DNA of 64,000 bases from an uncultured Desulfosarcina sp. (GTDB lineage Bacteria > Desulfobacterota > Desulfobacteria > Desulfobacterales > Desulfosarcinaceae). A model generated the notes under the pieces. That model ran no database searches and was not told the DNA's origin. It was given only the letters and a program-made list of their open reading frames with translations. This document shows positions 41,882 through 52,933 of the stretch, piece after piece (position 1 is the first letter of the stretch; each line of letters starts with the position of its first letter). Both the position numbers and the translations under genes were made by a program. The stretch spans positions 448,001 to 512,000 of the forward strand of contig CAXXWQ010000003.1 in the NCBI GenBank assembly GCA_963674945.2, in the 5' to 3' direction.

Positions 41882-42022
41882 CCGTTAGCACTTAGCTCTT
41901 ATCTGTTTATTATGGAACAATAATAATTTGTTATCATATTTGGTCGCACGCAAAGGTTGTTAATTTTCAAAATATGCTGCCGCTCGCCAACAGCTGAATG
42001 CTTGTTGCGCAACTCAATTTCC

Positions 42023-42958
42023 TCACCCATCGCTCAACTTGTCCCAAAACGCTTTTCCAGCATCCTGCTGCCGGTTCACGCCGGGAGGCGGCGGCGGAAC
42101 ATCACTTTGCGGACGGCCTCCCCGGAGACGACGAATGCGTTCTTCCATGGGGGGATGAGTGGAAAACAGGTTCTGAAGGCTTTTTCCCGACAGCGGGTTG
42201 ACAATAAACATGTGGGCCGTCGATGGATTGGCATTCATGGGAATCTGCCGGGCGTAGGCACCCAATTTTTCAAGTGCCGTCGCCAGACCTTCCGGACTTC
42301 CGGCGATCTTCGCACCGGTGGCATCGGCCAGGTACTCCCGGCTGCGGGATACGGCCATCTGAATGATCATGGCAGCCATGGGAGCGATGATGGCCATGAC
42401 GATGGTTCCGATGGCCCCCATCCCACCGCCGTTGTCATCGTCCCGGCCCAATCCACCGAACATTGCGGACCATCGTGCCATGGAGGCAAGCATCATGATG
42501 GCACCGGCCATGGTGGCGGCAACAGTGCCGATGAGAATATCCCTGTTCTTCACGTGGGCCATCTCATGGGCCAGCACCCCCATCACCTCGTTGGGATTCA
42601 TCCGGTTGAGGAGACCCTGGGTGACGGCCACCACGGCATGATCGGGATTTCGACCCGTGGCAAAAGCATTGGGCGCTTCCTGGGGGATGATGTACACCTT
42701 GGGCATGGGCAGACTCGCCTGCCGTGCCAGCGTCTGCACCATCCCATACAGTTCGGGCGCCTGTTGGGGTGTCGCTTCCCGTGCCTGGTACATCCGCAGT
42801 ACAATTTTATCCGAGTACCAGTAGCTGAAAAAATTCATTCCCGCGGCCAGCACCAGAGCGATGACCATTCCCTGGCGTCCACCCAGAAGGTTGCCGATAA
42901 TCACGATAAAAACCGTCATGACGGCCAACAAGAGTGTGGTTTTTAACTGGTTGCCCAT
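42023..42958 (-). CDS. htpX: Zinc metalloprotease HtpX
   Basis: [32 protein letters not shown]. Confidence 0.96.
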   Translation of the reverse strand: MGNQLKTTLLLAVMTVFIVIIGNLLGGRQGMVIALVLAAGMNFFSYWYSDKIVLRMYQAREATPQQAPELYGMVQTLARQASLPMPKVYIIPQEAPNAFATGRNPDHAVVAVTQGLLNRMNPNEVMGVLAHEMAHVKNRDILIGTVAATMAGAIMMLASMARWSAMFGGLGRDDDNGGGMGAIGTIVMAIIAPMAAMIIQMAVSRSREYLADATGAKIAGSPEGLATALEKLGAYARQIPMNANPSTAHMFIVNPLSGKSLQNLFSTHPPMEERIRRLRGGRPQSDVPPPPPGVNRQQDAGKAFWDKLSDG

Positions 42959-42983
42959 GGATTTTTCCCTCCTTGCCGATATT

Positions 42984-43029
42984 GACGGCTTCGTACAAAG
43001 TCCGATATCTGACTTTTTACGAGTTCGCC
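42984..43029. repeat. Short copy of the CGGCTTCGTA-ended palindromic element
   Basis: GACGGCTTCGTACAAAGTC...GACTTTTTACGAGTTCGCC; ends similar to those of 52807-52931. Confidence 0.65.
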
Positions 43030-43236
43030 AATCAGTTCAGTATCTTTGCATGTCCACCAAATATAACGCCGAATGGACCGAAGGCAATAGATACCTTACT
43101 TTCGGCAAATGCGATTACCCTGTAAACAAACGGTGTGAGACTTTACAACCACCTGTTTTGGTGTTAGATTTAGCGATCTGAACATTTGTGCCGCGCGAAT
43201 TCTAATCGAAACAGCAACAGGTTTTGGGGAGTCATC

Positions 43237-43689
43237 ATGGACTACATCAAAATTAAATTTGGCGGAAGTTTTGACCCCACCGGCAAAGGGCTGGGCAAAA
43301 CCATGCAGGATATTTTCCGGCCCCGCCCCGTTAATCCGATGTTTTCATCTCGAGAACACATGTGGACGCCACAGATGGACATCTACGAAACTCCGGAAGA
43401 AATCATGATATGGGCAGAAATCTCCGGTGTAGAGAAGGAGGACCTGGATCTGGAGATCAACTCCAGAGCAGTAAAAATCTCCGGTATTCGCAAAGAGATG
43501 CCCAGGGTTTCCAACGGCACCTATCGCCTCGCCGAAATTCAGTACGGCCGGTTTGAACGAATCTTATACCTGCCCTCGCCCGTTGACACGGATGTGGTCT
43601 CCTCCACGTACACCAATGGGCTGTTAAAAATCAGGATCGCCAAACTACGATTGGACCAGGTGCATCAGATTCCCATTAGCGACGAGTAG
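43237..43689 (+). CDS. Hsp20/alpha-crystallin protein
   Basis: WTPQMDIYET, EIQYGRFER, Y.NGLL.I; directly upstream of lon. Confidence 0.93.
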   Translation: MDYIKIKFGGSFDPTGKGLGKTMQDIFRPRPVNPMFSSREHMWTPQMDIYETPEEIMIWAEISGVEKEDLDLEINSRAVKISGIRKEMPRVSNGTYRLAEIQYGRFERILYLPSPVDTDVVSSTYTNGLLKIRIAKLRLDQVHQIPISDE

Positions 43690-43772
43690 ACAAGCCATTG
43701 ATTCCTCTCATGGGGCCATCGATGCAAACAGACGGACATGGCCTCTTTCCATAGACCCTATAGGAGGGCGAA

Positions 43773-46124
43773 ATGAAAGACAAACAACCATCTTTGGACT
43801 ACAACACTGAAAATATACCGAAAGTGCTTCCCATCCTGCCGCTTTTCGATGCGACGCTATTTCCCAAAATGGTTCTTCCACTGGTGGTGATGAAAGGCGA
43901 GTCGGTCCAGCTGATCGATGAAGCCATGGCCAAGGATCGAATGATCGGTCTGGTGGTGGCGAAAAAGAAGGAAGACGTGAAACCGGATCCCGAAAGCGAC
44001 GATTTGGCCAAGGTAGGAACGGCTGCACTGATTCTAAAGATGGCCAAAACCGAAGATGACCGGGCCCAACTTCTCGTACAGGGCTTAAGCCGCTTCCGAG
44101 TGAAGTCCTTCATGGACGACAAACCGTATCTGATGGCAGAGGTCGAACACTTTTCCGACATCGATCACACAAATAAGGAAACCGAAGCGCTGATGGCCAA
44201 TGTCATCAAGCAGTTCGACCGCATTGTACAACTCTCTCCAGGCCTGCCCCAGGAGATGGGAGCCATGGCCAACTCCATCAAAGAACCCGGGACACTGGCT
44301 GACATGGTGGCGTCCACCATCAACTCTACGCCCGAGGAAAAGCAGCAGATTCTGGAAATTCAGGATTCCACAAAACGCCTCAAGGCGGTGACAAAACTGG
44401 TTCACCATCAATTGGAGATATTGGAGCTGGGCAACAAAATCCAGTCACAGGTGAAAGGTGACATGGACAAGCGCCAGCGAGAATACTACCTTCGCCAGCA
44501 GCTCAAGGCCATAAAGGAAGAGCTGGGTGAAACCGACGAGTCCACGGTGGAACTGGATGAGTATCGTGCAAAAATTACCGAGAAGAAACTACCGGAAGAA
44601 GCCGTAAAAGAGGCGGAGCGAGAACTGGACCGTCTGTCCCGCATGCATCCCTCGTCCGCCGAGTACACGGTTGCCATGACGTACCTGGACTGGCTCACCG
44701 AGCTTCCCTGGGCGGAAAGCACAAAGGATAATCTGGATATCAAAAAGGCACGGAAAGTACTCGACGATGACCACTTCGGATTGGAAAAACCGAAGCGGAG
44801 AATCATCGAGTACCTGGCGGTGAGGAAATTAAAACCCGACTCCAAAGGCCCAATCCTCTGCCTTGTGGGTCCTCCGGGAACCGGCAAGACCTCCTTGGGC
44901 AACTCCATTGCCCGTGCATTGGGGAGAAAATTCCATCGCATCTCCCTGGGCGGGGTCCGGGACGAGGCGGAAATTCGAGGACATCGGCGAACCTATGTGG
45001 GTGCCATGCCCGGCCGGATCATCCAGGGCCTGCGGCGGGCCGGCTCAAACAACCCCATCTTCATGCTGGACGAAATCGACAAGGTGGGATCCGATTTCAG
45101 GGGAGACCCCTCCTCGGCGCTTTTGGAGGTATTGGATCCGGAACAAAACTTCTCTTTTTCCGACCACTACCTGGATGTTCCCTTCGATCTGTCAAAGGTC
45201 ATGTTCATCACTACGGCCAATGTCCTGGACACCATTCCCTCGGCACTTCGGGATCGAATGGAGGTAATTGAACTGCTGGGCTACACGGAGGACGAGAAAG
45301 TCAAGATTGCAACCCGCTACCTGATTCCCCGGCAACGGGAGGCCCACGGACTCAAGGCCAGTCAGATCAGCATCACCACCGGTGCCATTCGACGCATCAT
45401 CTCCGGCTACACCAGGGAAGCCGGCCTTAGAAATCTGGAACGGGAGATCGCCACGATCTGCCGGGGTGTTGCCGCAAAAATCGCCGAGGGTAAAATCAAG
45501 AAGGCGACCATCAAAATCGACGACGTGGCCGAATTCTTGGGGCCTGTGAAGCTTCAGCCGGAAACCAAAGCCCGAATGACCACGCCCGGGGTTGCCATGG
45601 GGTTGGCCTGGACCCCCACCGGCGGCGATCTCTTGTTCATCGAAGCCACGGCCATGAAAGGCAAAAAGAACCTCACCCTGACCGGTCAATTGGGCGATGT
45701 GATGAAAGAATCGGCCACGGCGGCCTTGAGTTTCATCCGCGCCAATGCAAAGCGCCTGGGAGTGGATGAGGCTTTCTTCGAAAATCACGATCTTCATATA
45801 CATGTACCCGCAGGCGCCATTCCCAAGGATGGACCATCGGCCGGTGTTACCATGCTCACGGCACTCACCTCCCTGCTGAAGAACAAACCCATACAAAAGG
45901 ATCTTGCCATGACCGGAGAGATCACGCTGCGGGGTCAGGTGCTTCCCGTGGGTGGAATCAAGGAGAAAGTGCTGGCCGCACACCGGGCCGGTATCAAGAC
46001 CATCTTGCTGCCGCAGTGGAATGAAAAGGATTTGATGGACATCCCCAAAAAGGTTCGCGACGATATCCAATTCCATTTTCTCAGCAAAATGATGGATGTG
46101 CTGAAGATCGCCATCAAGGAGTGA
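43773..46124 (+). CDS. lon: ATP-dependent protease La
   Basis: [39 protein letters not shown]. Confidence 0.98.
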   Translation: MKDKQPSLDYNTENIPKVLPILPLFDATLFPKMVLPLVVMKGESVQLIDEAMAKDRMIGLVVAKKKEDVKPDPESDDLAKVGTAALILKMAKTEDDRAQLLVQGLSRFRVKSFMDDKPYLMAEVEHFSDIDHTNKETEALMANVIKQFDRIVQLSPGLPQEMGAMANSIKEPGTLADMVASTINSTPEEKQQILEIQDSTKRLKAVTKLVHHQLEILELGNKIQSQVKGDMDKRQREYYLRQQLKAIKEELGETDESTVELDEYRAKITEKKLPEEAVKEAERELDRLSRMHPSSAEYTVAMTYLDWLTELPWAESTKDNLDIKKARKVLDDDHFGLEKPKRRIIEYLAVRKLKPDSKGPILCLVGPPGTGKTSLGNSIARALGRKFHRISLGGVRDEAEIRGHRRTYVGAMPGRIIQGLRRAGSNNPIFMLDEIDKVGSDFRGDPSSALLEVLDPEQNFSFSDHYLDVPFDLSKVMFITTANVLDTIPSALRDRMEVIELLGYTEDEKVKIATRYLIPRQREAHGLKASQISITTGAIRRIISGYTREAGLRNLEREIATICRGVAAKIAEGKIKKATIKIDDVAEFLGPVKLQPETKARMTTPGVAMGLAWTPTGGDLLFIEATAMKGKKNLTLTGQLGDVMKESATAALSFIRANAKRLGVDEAFFENHDLHIHVPAGAIPKDGPSAGVTMLTALTSLLKNKPIQKDLAMTGEITLRGQVLPVGGIKEKVLAAHRAGIKTILLPQWNEKDLMDIPKKVRDDIQFHFLSKMMDVLKIAIKE

Positions 46125-46182
46125 TCCGGATCCGATACGGCACCCAGACACGGTACACCAAACACAGTACAATCGATCGACG

Positions 46183-46956
46183 ATGAATCAAAAAGACTGG
46201 CGACCCGATATCCGGCAGGAAGACGACAACCGATCCTTTTGGATGATCGCCTGGTGTCTGCTGGCCCTATTCATGATGCAGGCCTGCGCCGCGCCGCCGC
46301 CGCCCCCAGAAACGCCCAAGGACCACCCCAAACCCTATCGGGTGTATGGAACCTGGTACAAGCCCATACCCCATGCCAGGGGGTTTTCCCAGCGTGGCGT
46401 CGCTTCCTGGTACGGCGAGAAATTCCATGGACGCAGGACCTCAAGTGGCGAAATCTATAATATGTATGCCATGACGGCGGCCCATAAGACCCTGCCGCTG
46501 GGCACATGGGTCCAGGTTCGCCATATCGACAGCGGCCAGACCATCAAGGTCCGCATCAACGACCGGGGGCCCTTTGTTCACGGCCGTATCATCGATCTCT
46601 CCTATGCCGGTGCAAAAGCCTTGAACATGGTGGGCCCCGGCACGGCCGAGGTGGAGATCGTTGCCCTGGGGCAGCGCCAATCATCGGCATCCGGAGACAC
46701 CTTCGTACCCATGGACTATTACACAGGAAAATTCACCTTCCAGGTGGGAGCCTTTTCCAGCCGGGAGAATGCGGAACGTCTTCGGGCGAAACTGGACGGA
46801 GTTTTCGAAAATACCCATGTGACCGCCTATGACCGCGGCGATGCCATCTTTTACCGGGTCCGTGTGGGCAGATGCAACGATCTGGAATCCGCCGATAATA
46901 TGGAACGGCAACTGATCCGCAGCGGTTATCCCGATGCGTTTATTGTTGCCGAATAA
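46183..46956 (+). CDS. rlpA: Septal ring lytic transglycosylase RlpA lipoprotein
   Basis: Lipobox MQAC, GVASWYG, AAHKTLP, NDRGPF, RIIDLS, C-terminal SPOR domain. Confidence 0.93.
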   Translation: MNQKDWRPDIRQEDDNRSFWMIAWCLLALFMMQACAAPPPPPETPKDHPKPYRVYGTWYKPIPHARGFSQRGVASWYGEKFHGRRTSSGEIYNMYAMTAAHKTLPLGTWVQVRHIDSGQTIKVRINDRGPFVHGRIIDLSYAGAKALNMVGPGTAEVEIVALGQRQSSASGDTFVPMDYYTGKFTFQVGAFSSRENAERLRAKLDGVFENTHVTAYDRGDAIFYRVRVGRCNDLESADNMERQLIRSGYPDAFIVAE

Positions 46957-46959
46957 ATA

Positions 46960-47038
46960 TTCGGTTCTCAGTTCTCGGTTCTCAGTTCGTGGACTCTTGA
47001 ACCTTGAACCGAGAACTGTGAACGGGGAACCGTGAACC
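46960..47038. repeat. Heptamer-armed inverted repeat
   Basis: GTTCTCA GTTCTCG GTTCTCA GTTCGTG mirrored by TGAACCT TGAACCG AGAACTG TGAACGG GGAACCG TGAACC. Confidence 0.75.
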
Positions 47039-47601
47039 CCATGCCTGGTATTTCAACCGTTTTTTTGGACCGCGACGGCGTCATCAACGTCGATTCACCT
47101 GACTTCATCAAGTCCTGGGCCGAATTTCATTTCATCCCGAAAAGCATAGAGGCCATCCGTCGCCTCACCGAAGCCGGAATCAGGGTGATCGTCATCACCA
47201 ACCAATCGGCAGTCCACCGGAGAATGATCACACTTGCAAGTCTGGAAGAAATGCATCGAAATATGTGCCAGGCCGTAGAAGAGGCGGGTGGCCGCATCCA
47301 GGATATCTTTTTCTGCCCCCATCTCCCCGACGAGGGGTGTGACTGCCGGAAACCTGCGCCGGGAATGATCCTGGCCGCCTGCCATCGCCATGGAATCGAT
47401 ATTGCCGAAAGCGTCATGGTCGGCGACAGCGCCAAGGATATCCTGACCGCAAAAACCGCCGGATGCGGCCTTTCCGTCCTGGTTCAGACCGGAAACGGCA
47501 AGCGGGCCGAACAAATTTTACGGGATCAAGGCCGGCAGCCCGATCACATCGCCGCAGATTTAGACCAGGCGGTCGACTGGATCATCGGGTATCATCCATG
47601 A
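47032..47601 (+). CDS. gmhB: D-glycero-D-manno-heptose 1,7-bisphosphate phosphatase
   Basis: FLDRDGVIN, ITNQS, CPH....CDCRKP.PGM, MVGD...D. Confidence 0.92.
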   Translation: MNPMPGISTVFLDRDGVINVDSPDFIKSWAEFHFIPKSIEAIRRLTEAGIRVIVITNQSAVHRRMITLASLEEMHRNMCQAVEEAGGRIQDIFFCPHLPDEGCDCRKPAPGMILAACHRHGIDIAESVMVGDSAKDILTAKTAGCGLSVLVQTGNGKRAEQILRDQGRQPDHIAADLDQAVDWIIGYHP

Positions 47602-49784
47602 CATCACCCCCGACCATCACCCTCACCGGCCGAATCCAGAAAATCACCTATTACAACCGCGACAACCATTTTGCCATCATTCGGTTGCGCACCGATGAGA
47701 ATGAGAGCACCATCACGATCAAGGGAACCATGCCCGATCCCAAGGCCGGAGAATCGGTACGGGTGAGCGGAGTCTGGGAAAACCACTTTCGCTATGGACA
47801 GCAGTTTCGCTTCTCGCATTTCACCGAGGCGCTTCCGGCAACGGTGGCGGGCATCCGCGGTTATCTGGCATCGGGTTTCATAAAGGGCATCGGCCCGCGC
47901 TTGGTGGAACGAATCATCGACCGTTTCGGTGCCGAGACCTTGACGGTGATCGAGACGGCCCCGCATCGTCTTACCGAGGTAAACGGCGTCGGGAAAAAAA
48001 TATCGGACCGCATCGCCGATGCGTGGCAGTCCCACCATGTGGCAAGACAATTGGTCCGTTTCCTTGAGGAAATCGGAGTGGACACCGCCCACGCCGCCCG
48101 CCTTCTCAAGACCTATGGTAAACATGTGATCGACATCTTGTGTGGCGATCCCTACCGGGTGGTGGAGGATCTTCCCCGCATCGGCTTTCCCATCGCGGAC
48201 GCCATCGCCCGCAGGGCCGATACGCCGTTGGATGAGACGGATCGTGCCAAAGCGTGCATCCTGCACCTGTTGGAACGTGCCGTGGACCGGGGCCACGCCT
48301 TCATGGCCCAAGACCGGCTATTGGATCGATGCGGATCCGAATTTCACATTGATCCCGAGACGGCAGCGGCCGCCCTGGACCACCTGGTCCAGGGCGGCGA
48401 ACTGGTGGTAACGAAGGCAGGCGAAGAATCCGCTTCACCACTGGTTTATCCCAGAATGCTTCACGAATCCGAGTTGATTATCGCCCGCCGCATCGGTGCC
48501 ATGCAGACCGTTACCGCCACGATCTCTTTGCCGGATCAAAAATGGATACGAAAAGAGATCACCAAGAAGCTGTCCATCTCCCTGTCACCTTCGCAACAGG
48601 AGATCCTTTTCCAATTGCTGACCCACAAGGTGTCCATCGTTACCGGCGGTCCCGGTACGGGAAAGACCACATTGATCCGCTCCATCAACGCAGTCATGGA
48701 ACGCATGGGGCATCGTGTGGCGCTGATGGCGCCCACGGGTCGTGCCGCCCGTCGTCTTGCCGAAGTGGCCCGCAGACAGGCGGTGACCCTGCACAAGGCA
48801 TTGGGGTACAACTTGTCCGATGGAAGGTTCGATCGCTCCGAAGATTCGCCCCTGGAGGCCGACGTAGTCATCGTGGATGAAGCCTCCATGGTGGACACGA
48901 TGCTCATGGCGCAACTTCTCCGGGCTGTTCCCGTTTCCTCCATCTTCATCCTCGTGGGCGATGTGTGTCAACTTCCTTCCGTGGGTCCGGGCAGCGTTCT
49001 GGCAGACATGATCCGCTCCCAATGCATTCCCACCTTCGAATTGACGCAAATCTTTCGCCAGGACGAACAAAGCACCATCGTGATAAATGCCCATCGGGTT
49101 CGAAATGGTGCGCCACCGATCCTCGTGCATCCCGAAAGCTCCGATGAACCGTCCGATTTTGTATTTATCGAACAGCCCCATCCGGACCGGATTGTTGAGA
49201 CCATCGTCGATCTGTGCACAAGGGAGATCCCCCACCGTTTCCGATTGGATCCCATCCGAGACATCCAGGTGCTCACCCCCATGCACCGTGGCTCGGTCGG
49301 TACGATGAACCTCAACCGCCGTCTTCAGGAAGCGCAGAACACCTGCGGTACGCAGGTGACCGTCATGGGCAATCGTTTCAAGGTGGGAGACAAGGTGATG
49401 CACCTGAAAAACAACTACGCCAAGGAGGTGTTCAACGGCGACATCGGCATCCTTTACGGCGTGGATCCGGATCACGAACGGGCGGAGGTGGACTTCGACG
49501 GCCGCATCGTCGGTTATGATTTTATCGAAATGGAGGAGTTGGCCCTGGCTTATGCCATCAGCGTTCACAAATCACAGGGATCGGAGTACCCGGCGGTGGT
49601 GATCCCGCTGGTGACCCAACACTACATCATGCTCCAGCGGAATCTGCTTTACACGGCGTTGACCCGGGGCAAAAAACTGGTGGTTATGGTGGGCACGACA
49701 AAGGCCCTGCACATTGCCTTGGAAAACAATCGCCCCCTTGAGAGGCGTTCCATGCTTTCCCAGCGGTTAAACCGGCAAGAATGA
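47598..49784 (+). CDS. recD2: RecD2-like ATP-dependent helicase
   Basis: N-terminal OB and HhH domains (IKGIG), GGPGTGKT, DEASM, GD..QLPSVG, HKSQGSE, YTALTRGK. Confidence 0.93.
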   Translation: MTSPPTITLTGRIQKITYYNRDNHFAIIRLRTDENESTITIKGTMPDPKAGESVRVSGVWENHFRYGQQFRFSHFTEALPATVAGIRGYLASGFIKGIGPRLVERIIDRFGAETLTVIETAPHRLTEVNGVGKKISDRIADAWQSHHVARQLVRFLEEIGVDTAHAARLLKTYGKHVIDILCGDPYRVVEDLPRIGFPIADAIARRADTPLDETDRAKACILHLLERAVDRGHAFMAQDRLLDRCGSEFHIDPETAAAALDHLVQGGELVVTKAGEESASPLVYPRMLHESELIIARRIGAMQTVTATISLPDQKWIRKEITKKLSISLSPSQQEILFQLLTHKVSIVTGGPGTGKTTLIRSINAVMERMGHRVALMAPTGRAARRLAEVARRQAVTLHKALGYNLSDGRFDRSEDSPLEADVVIVDEASMVDTMLMAQLLRAVPVSSIFILVGDVCQLPSVGPGSVLADMIRSQCIPTFELTQIFRQDEQSTIVINAHRVRNGAPPILVHPESSDEPSDFVFIEQPHPDRIVETIVDLCTREIPHRFRLDPIRDIQVLTPMHRGSVGTMNLNRRLQEAQNTCGTQVTVMGNRFKVGDKVMHLKNNYAKEVFNGDIGILYGVDPDHERAEVDFDGRIVGYDFIEMEELALAYAISVHKSQGSEYPAVVIPLVTQHYIMLQRNLLYTALTRGKKLVVMVGTTKALHIALENNRPLERRSMLSQRLNRQE

Positions 49785-49793
49785 TGAAGACCA

Positions 49794-50255
49794 TCATCCT
49801 TTGTCGGTATCGCCCTTGTCGGTATCGCCTTTGTCCGAATCGGTGGAATTTGCCGGTGGGACGGGAAATTTGTAGAAATTGATTCCTTCGGCCCGAAGGG
49901 TCTCTTCTTCCTGGGGCGTGCTGACGCCACGAATGTTTCTTCGTTCACTCACCCCGTAATGCATCTTCAGCGCCTCCTCGGCGAAATCGGCGCCGACATT
50001 GTCGAAATTTTTCTCCACATATTCGACGATCCGTTTTCCCATGGCCGCATAATAATCAATATTTCTATTCGTCACAGAAGGGCTTGTGGTTGCCCCTTTG
50101 ATGGCAAAAGTGGAAGGAATTTTCGAAACGATATTGCAATCACAGACCGGGCATGCAATAAAACCTTGCTCCTGTTGCCGATCGAATGACTCACTGTCTT
50201 CGAACCAACCTTCGAACCGGTGTCCATTTTCACATTGTAGGTCGTAAGCGATCAT
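49794..50255 (-). CDS. DUF1178-family protein
   Basis: MIAYDLQC..GH.FEGWF, CPVC, VG..FAEEALKMHYG....R.IRG. Confidence 0.88.
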   Translation of the reverse strand: MIAYDLQCENGHRFEGWFEDSESFDRQQEQGFIACPVCDCNIVSKIPSTFAIKGATTSPSVTNRNIDYYAAMGKRIVEYVEKNFDNVGADFAEEALKMHYGVSERRNIRGVSTPQEEETLRAEGINFYKFPVPPANSTDSDKGDTDKGDTDKG

Positions 50256-50411
50256 GAATCCTTCACCTGCCTGTTTCTGTTACGCTTTTTGAATTATCAC
50301 AGCCGGTGGCGTTTGAAAAGAAATTATTGACAGACGATCGTATTTCAACTCAAAATGGATTCGTTTTTTCCCTTACCAATTAACAACAACGCAAGACGGA
50401 TGGAGTGAAAA

Positions 50412-51083
50412 GTGGCGAAGAATACCTTGAAGGTGATGTCTTGGATCGTTCCCATCGTTCTATTGATAACCATAACAACCGGATTTGCGGAAAACTATTA
50501 CGTGACGGACGATTTCGAGATCACCTTGCGATCGGGTCCGGGAACGGATCGAAAGATCCTGTCTCTCATAGATAGCGGCAAGGCATTGACATTAAAAGAA
50601 AAAGGGGATGATTGGTCCCTGGTTCAAACCTCCACGGGCAAAGAGGGATGGGTACTCAACCGATACCTCACCACCAAAGAGCCCTGCGCCATGGTATTGG
50701 AACGGGTAAGACAGGACTACGATGTCATGTCCGCGAAGTTTCAGGACTTGAAGTCGAATTTCGACGAACTGAACAAGGAAAAGAAATCCACAGACACGAA
50801 TCTGTCCCAAAGTCGCCAGGAACGCGATGAACTCGACGTCGCCTATCAAAAGTTGAAAAAGGAGTCCGCCGATTACCTGAATCTGAAAAAACGACACCAG
50901 CAGATGGTGTCCGACCTGGAGGCCGAGAAGACACGTTCCGCCAAACTGGAGGAGGAGAACATGCAGATGAAGAGAAGCCGCATCATCCAGTGGGTACTCA
51001 CCGGAGGCGGGATCATGCTCGTGGGCTTTTTCATCGGCCTCTTCAGTTCCAGCCGACGCAAACCCCGATCCTCACTGTACTGA
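50412..51083 (+). CDS. SH3-domain membrane protein (TIGR04211-like)
   Basis: Signal peptide, YVTD...ITLRSGPG, EGWV, coiled coil, C-terminal TM helix. Confidence 0.88.
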   Translation: MAKNTLKVMSWIVPIVLLITITTGFAENYYVTDDFEITLRSGPGTDRKILSLIDSGKALTLKEKGDDWSLVQTSTGKEGWVLNRYLTTKEPCAMVLERVRQDYDVMSAKFQDLKSNFDELNKEKKSTDTNLSQSRQERDELDVAYQKLKKESADYLNLKKRHQQMVSDLEAEKTRSAKLEEENMQMKRSRIIQWVLTGGGIMLVGFFIGLFSSSRRKPRSSLY

Positions 51084-51084
51084 T

Positions 51085-52725
51085 ATGGACTCTCAAACCG
51101 ATTTTCTGATCATCGGCAGCGGAATCGCCGGATTGATGTTCGCACTGAAGGTGGCCCGGGACAGAACGGTTGCCATCGTCACGAAAAAACAGGCCGTGGA
51201 CAGCAACACCAATCTGGCGCAAGGCGGCATCGCCTCGGTATTCGACCGGGATGACTCCTTCGATCTGCACATCCAGGACACCTTGAATGCCGGGGACGGG
51301 CTTTGCAATCCGGACGTGGTTCGACAGGTCGTGGAAGGCGGTCCCGAACGGATTCGGGAACTGTTGACCAAGGGCGTTCAATTTAACGCCCGTGGAGACG
51401 AAGCGTTCGATGAGAAGAGCGCTGTATTTCATCTGGGGCGCGAGGGGGGACATTCGCGCAACCGCATCGTCCACGCCCACGACATGACCGGCAAGGAGGT
51501 AGAGCGGGTATTATTGGCCGAGGCCAGAAAAAACAAGAATATCCGGTTTTACGAAAACCACATGGCCGTTGATTTGATCACCTTTTCCACCCGCATCAAA
51601 CGAGGCCTGGTCACCACAACCCATGAGGATTACTGTTGCGGAGCGTATGTCCTGGATCGCAAAACCCGCCGGGTGAGGAGCTTCGGTGCCGGCATCACCC
51701 TTTTGGCCACCGGCGGCGCGGGCAAGGTCTACCTGTACACCAGCAATCCGGATATCGCCACCGGCGACGGCATCGCAATGGGGTATCGTGCCGGTGCGAC
51801 GGTGGCCAACCTGGAGTTCGTCCAGTTCCATCCCACCTGCCTCTTTCACCCGGCTGCGAAAAATTTCCTTATATCGGAGGCGGTCCGCGGTGAAGGGGGA
51901 TGCCTGAAGGATGCCGAAGGAAATCCCTTCATGGGAAGATACGATTCCAAAAAGGACCTGGCCTGCCGGGATGTCGTGGCCCGGGCCATCGACAACGAGC
52001 TCAAGCGAACGGGTCAGGACAGCGTGTTTCTGGACATCTCTCACAGGCCCGCAGACTTCATCACCAGCCGTTTTCCAAACCTGTATGAAAAGTGTCGCAC
52101 CTTTGGCATCGACATGACCAAAGAACCGATACCGGTTGTACCGGCCGCCCACTACATGTGTGGCGGCGTGGTCACGGACATGTTGGGTCGAACGGATATC
52201 AATCGTCTCTACGCCGTGGGAGAAACGGCGTGTACCGGTCTTCACGGCGCCAATCGCCTGGCAAGCAACTCTCTGCTGGAAGCGCTGGTCTATGCAGATG
52301 TCGGGGCCCGAAAGGCCCTTACGGATCTTGGCGAAAATGGTAACGGCGCCCTTCCGGACATTCCTGACTGGGATGATGTGGGCACCACGGACAGCGACGA
52401 AGAGATCATGGTTGCCCACAATTGGGACGAAATCCGCCGTCTCATGTGGAACTACGTGGGCATCGTCCGGTCGGACAAGCGCCTGGCACGTGCCAAACGC
52501 CGGATCGATACCATTCAGAATGAAATCCGGGAATATTACTGGAATTTCAAGATCTCGCCCGATCTTATCGAACTGAGGAACATCGCCACGGTCGCCGAGT
52601 TGATCATTGAATGCGCGATCCACCGAAAGGAGAGCCGCGGTCTTCACTATAACATCGGCTATCCGGATCGGGACGATTCCCGGTGGCGTAAGGATACGGT
52701 GATCCGGCGGCAGATCGTCGGATAA
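51085..52725 (+). CDS. nadB: L-aspartate oxidase
   Basis: GSGIAG, AQGGIA, EGGHS..RI.H, QFHPT, AHY.CGG, GLHGANRLASNSLLE. Confidence 0.96.
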   Translation: MDSQTDFLIIGSGIAGLMFALKVARDRTVAIVTKKQAVDSNTNLAQGGIASVFDRDDSFDLHIQDTLNAGDGLCNPDVVRQVVEGGPERIRELLTKGVQFNARGDEAFDEKSAVFHLGREGGHSRNRIVHAHDMTGKEVERVLLAEARKNKNIRFYENHMAVDLITFSTRIKRGLVTTTHEDYCCGAYVLDRKTRRVRSFGAGITLLATGGAGKVYLYTSNPDIATGDGIAMGYRAGATVANLEFVQFHPTCLFHPAAKNFLISEAVRGEGGCLKDAEGNPFMGRYDSKKDLACRDVVARAIDNELKRTGQDSVFLDISHRPADFITSRFPNLYEKCRTFGIDMTKEPIPVVPAAHYMCGGVVTDMLGRTDINRLYAVGETACTGLHGANRLASNSLLEALVYADVGARKALTDLGENGNGALPDIPDWDDVGTTDSDEEIMVAHNWDEIRRLMWNYVGIVRSDKRLARAKRRIDTIQNEIREYYWNFKISPDLIELRNIATVAELIIECAIHRKESRGLHYNIGYPDRDDSRWRKDTVIRRQIVG

Positions 52726-52763
52726 TTCCTATCCAGAAATGACCTATTTCCGGATAGGAATTA
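52723..52763. terminator. Stem-loop after nadB
   Basis: Inverted repeat TAATTCCTATCC...GGATAGGAATTA between convergent genes. Confidence 0.6.
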
Positions 52764-52806
52764 TATCCCGTTCAATTATGATGAATTCTTAGGATGATGG
52801 GTTCCG

Positions 52807-52931
52807 GGCGGCTTCGTAAAGAGTTCGAGATCAAGGATTGCGAGCCCTTAAGGAATGAGGCGTATCTATAATACGTCGCAGTGACGAGGGGTGAGGCGTA
52901 ACGCGGATATCGGGCTCTTTACGGAGCCGTC
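52807..52931. repeat. About 125-bp REP/MITE-like element with terminal inverted repeats
   Basis: GGCGGCTTCGTAAAGAGTTCGA ... TCGGGCTCTTTACGGAGCCGTC, with internal hairpins. Confidence 0.75.
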
Positions 52932-52933
52932 CA

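Noticed and set aside
41885..41911. TTAGCACT resembling a CIRCE half-site
   Set aside because: There is no matching right arm; it is part of a heptamer run downstream of genes.
49797..49841. 15-bp tandem repeat encoding DSDKG/DTDKG at the DUF1178 C-terminus
   Set aside because: The repeat is real, but it is an in-frame low-complexity tail with no evident significance.
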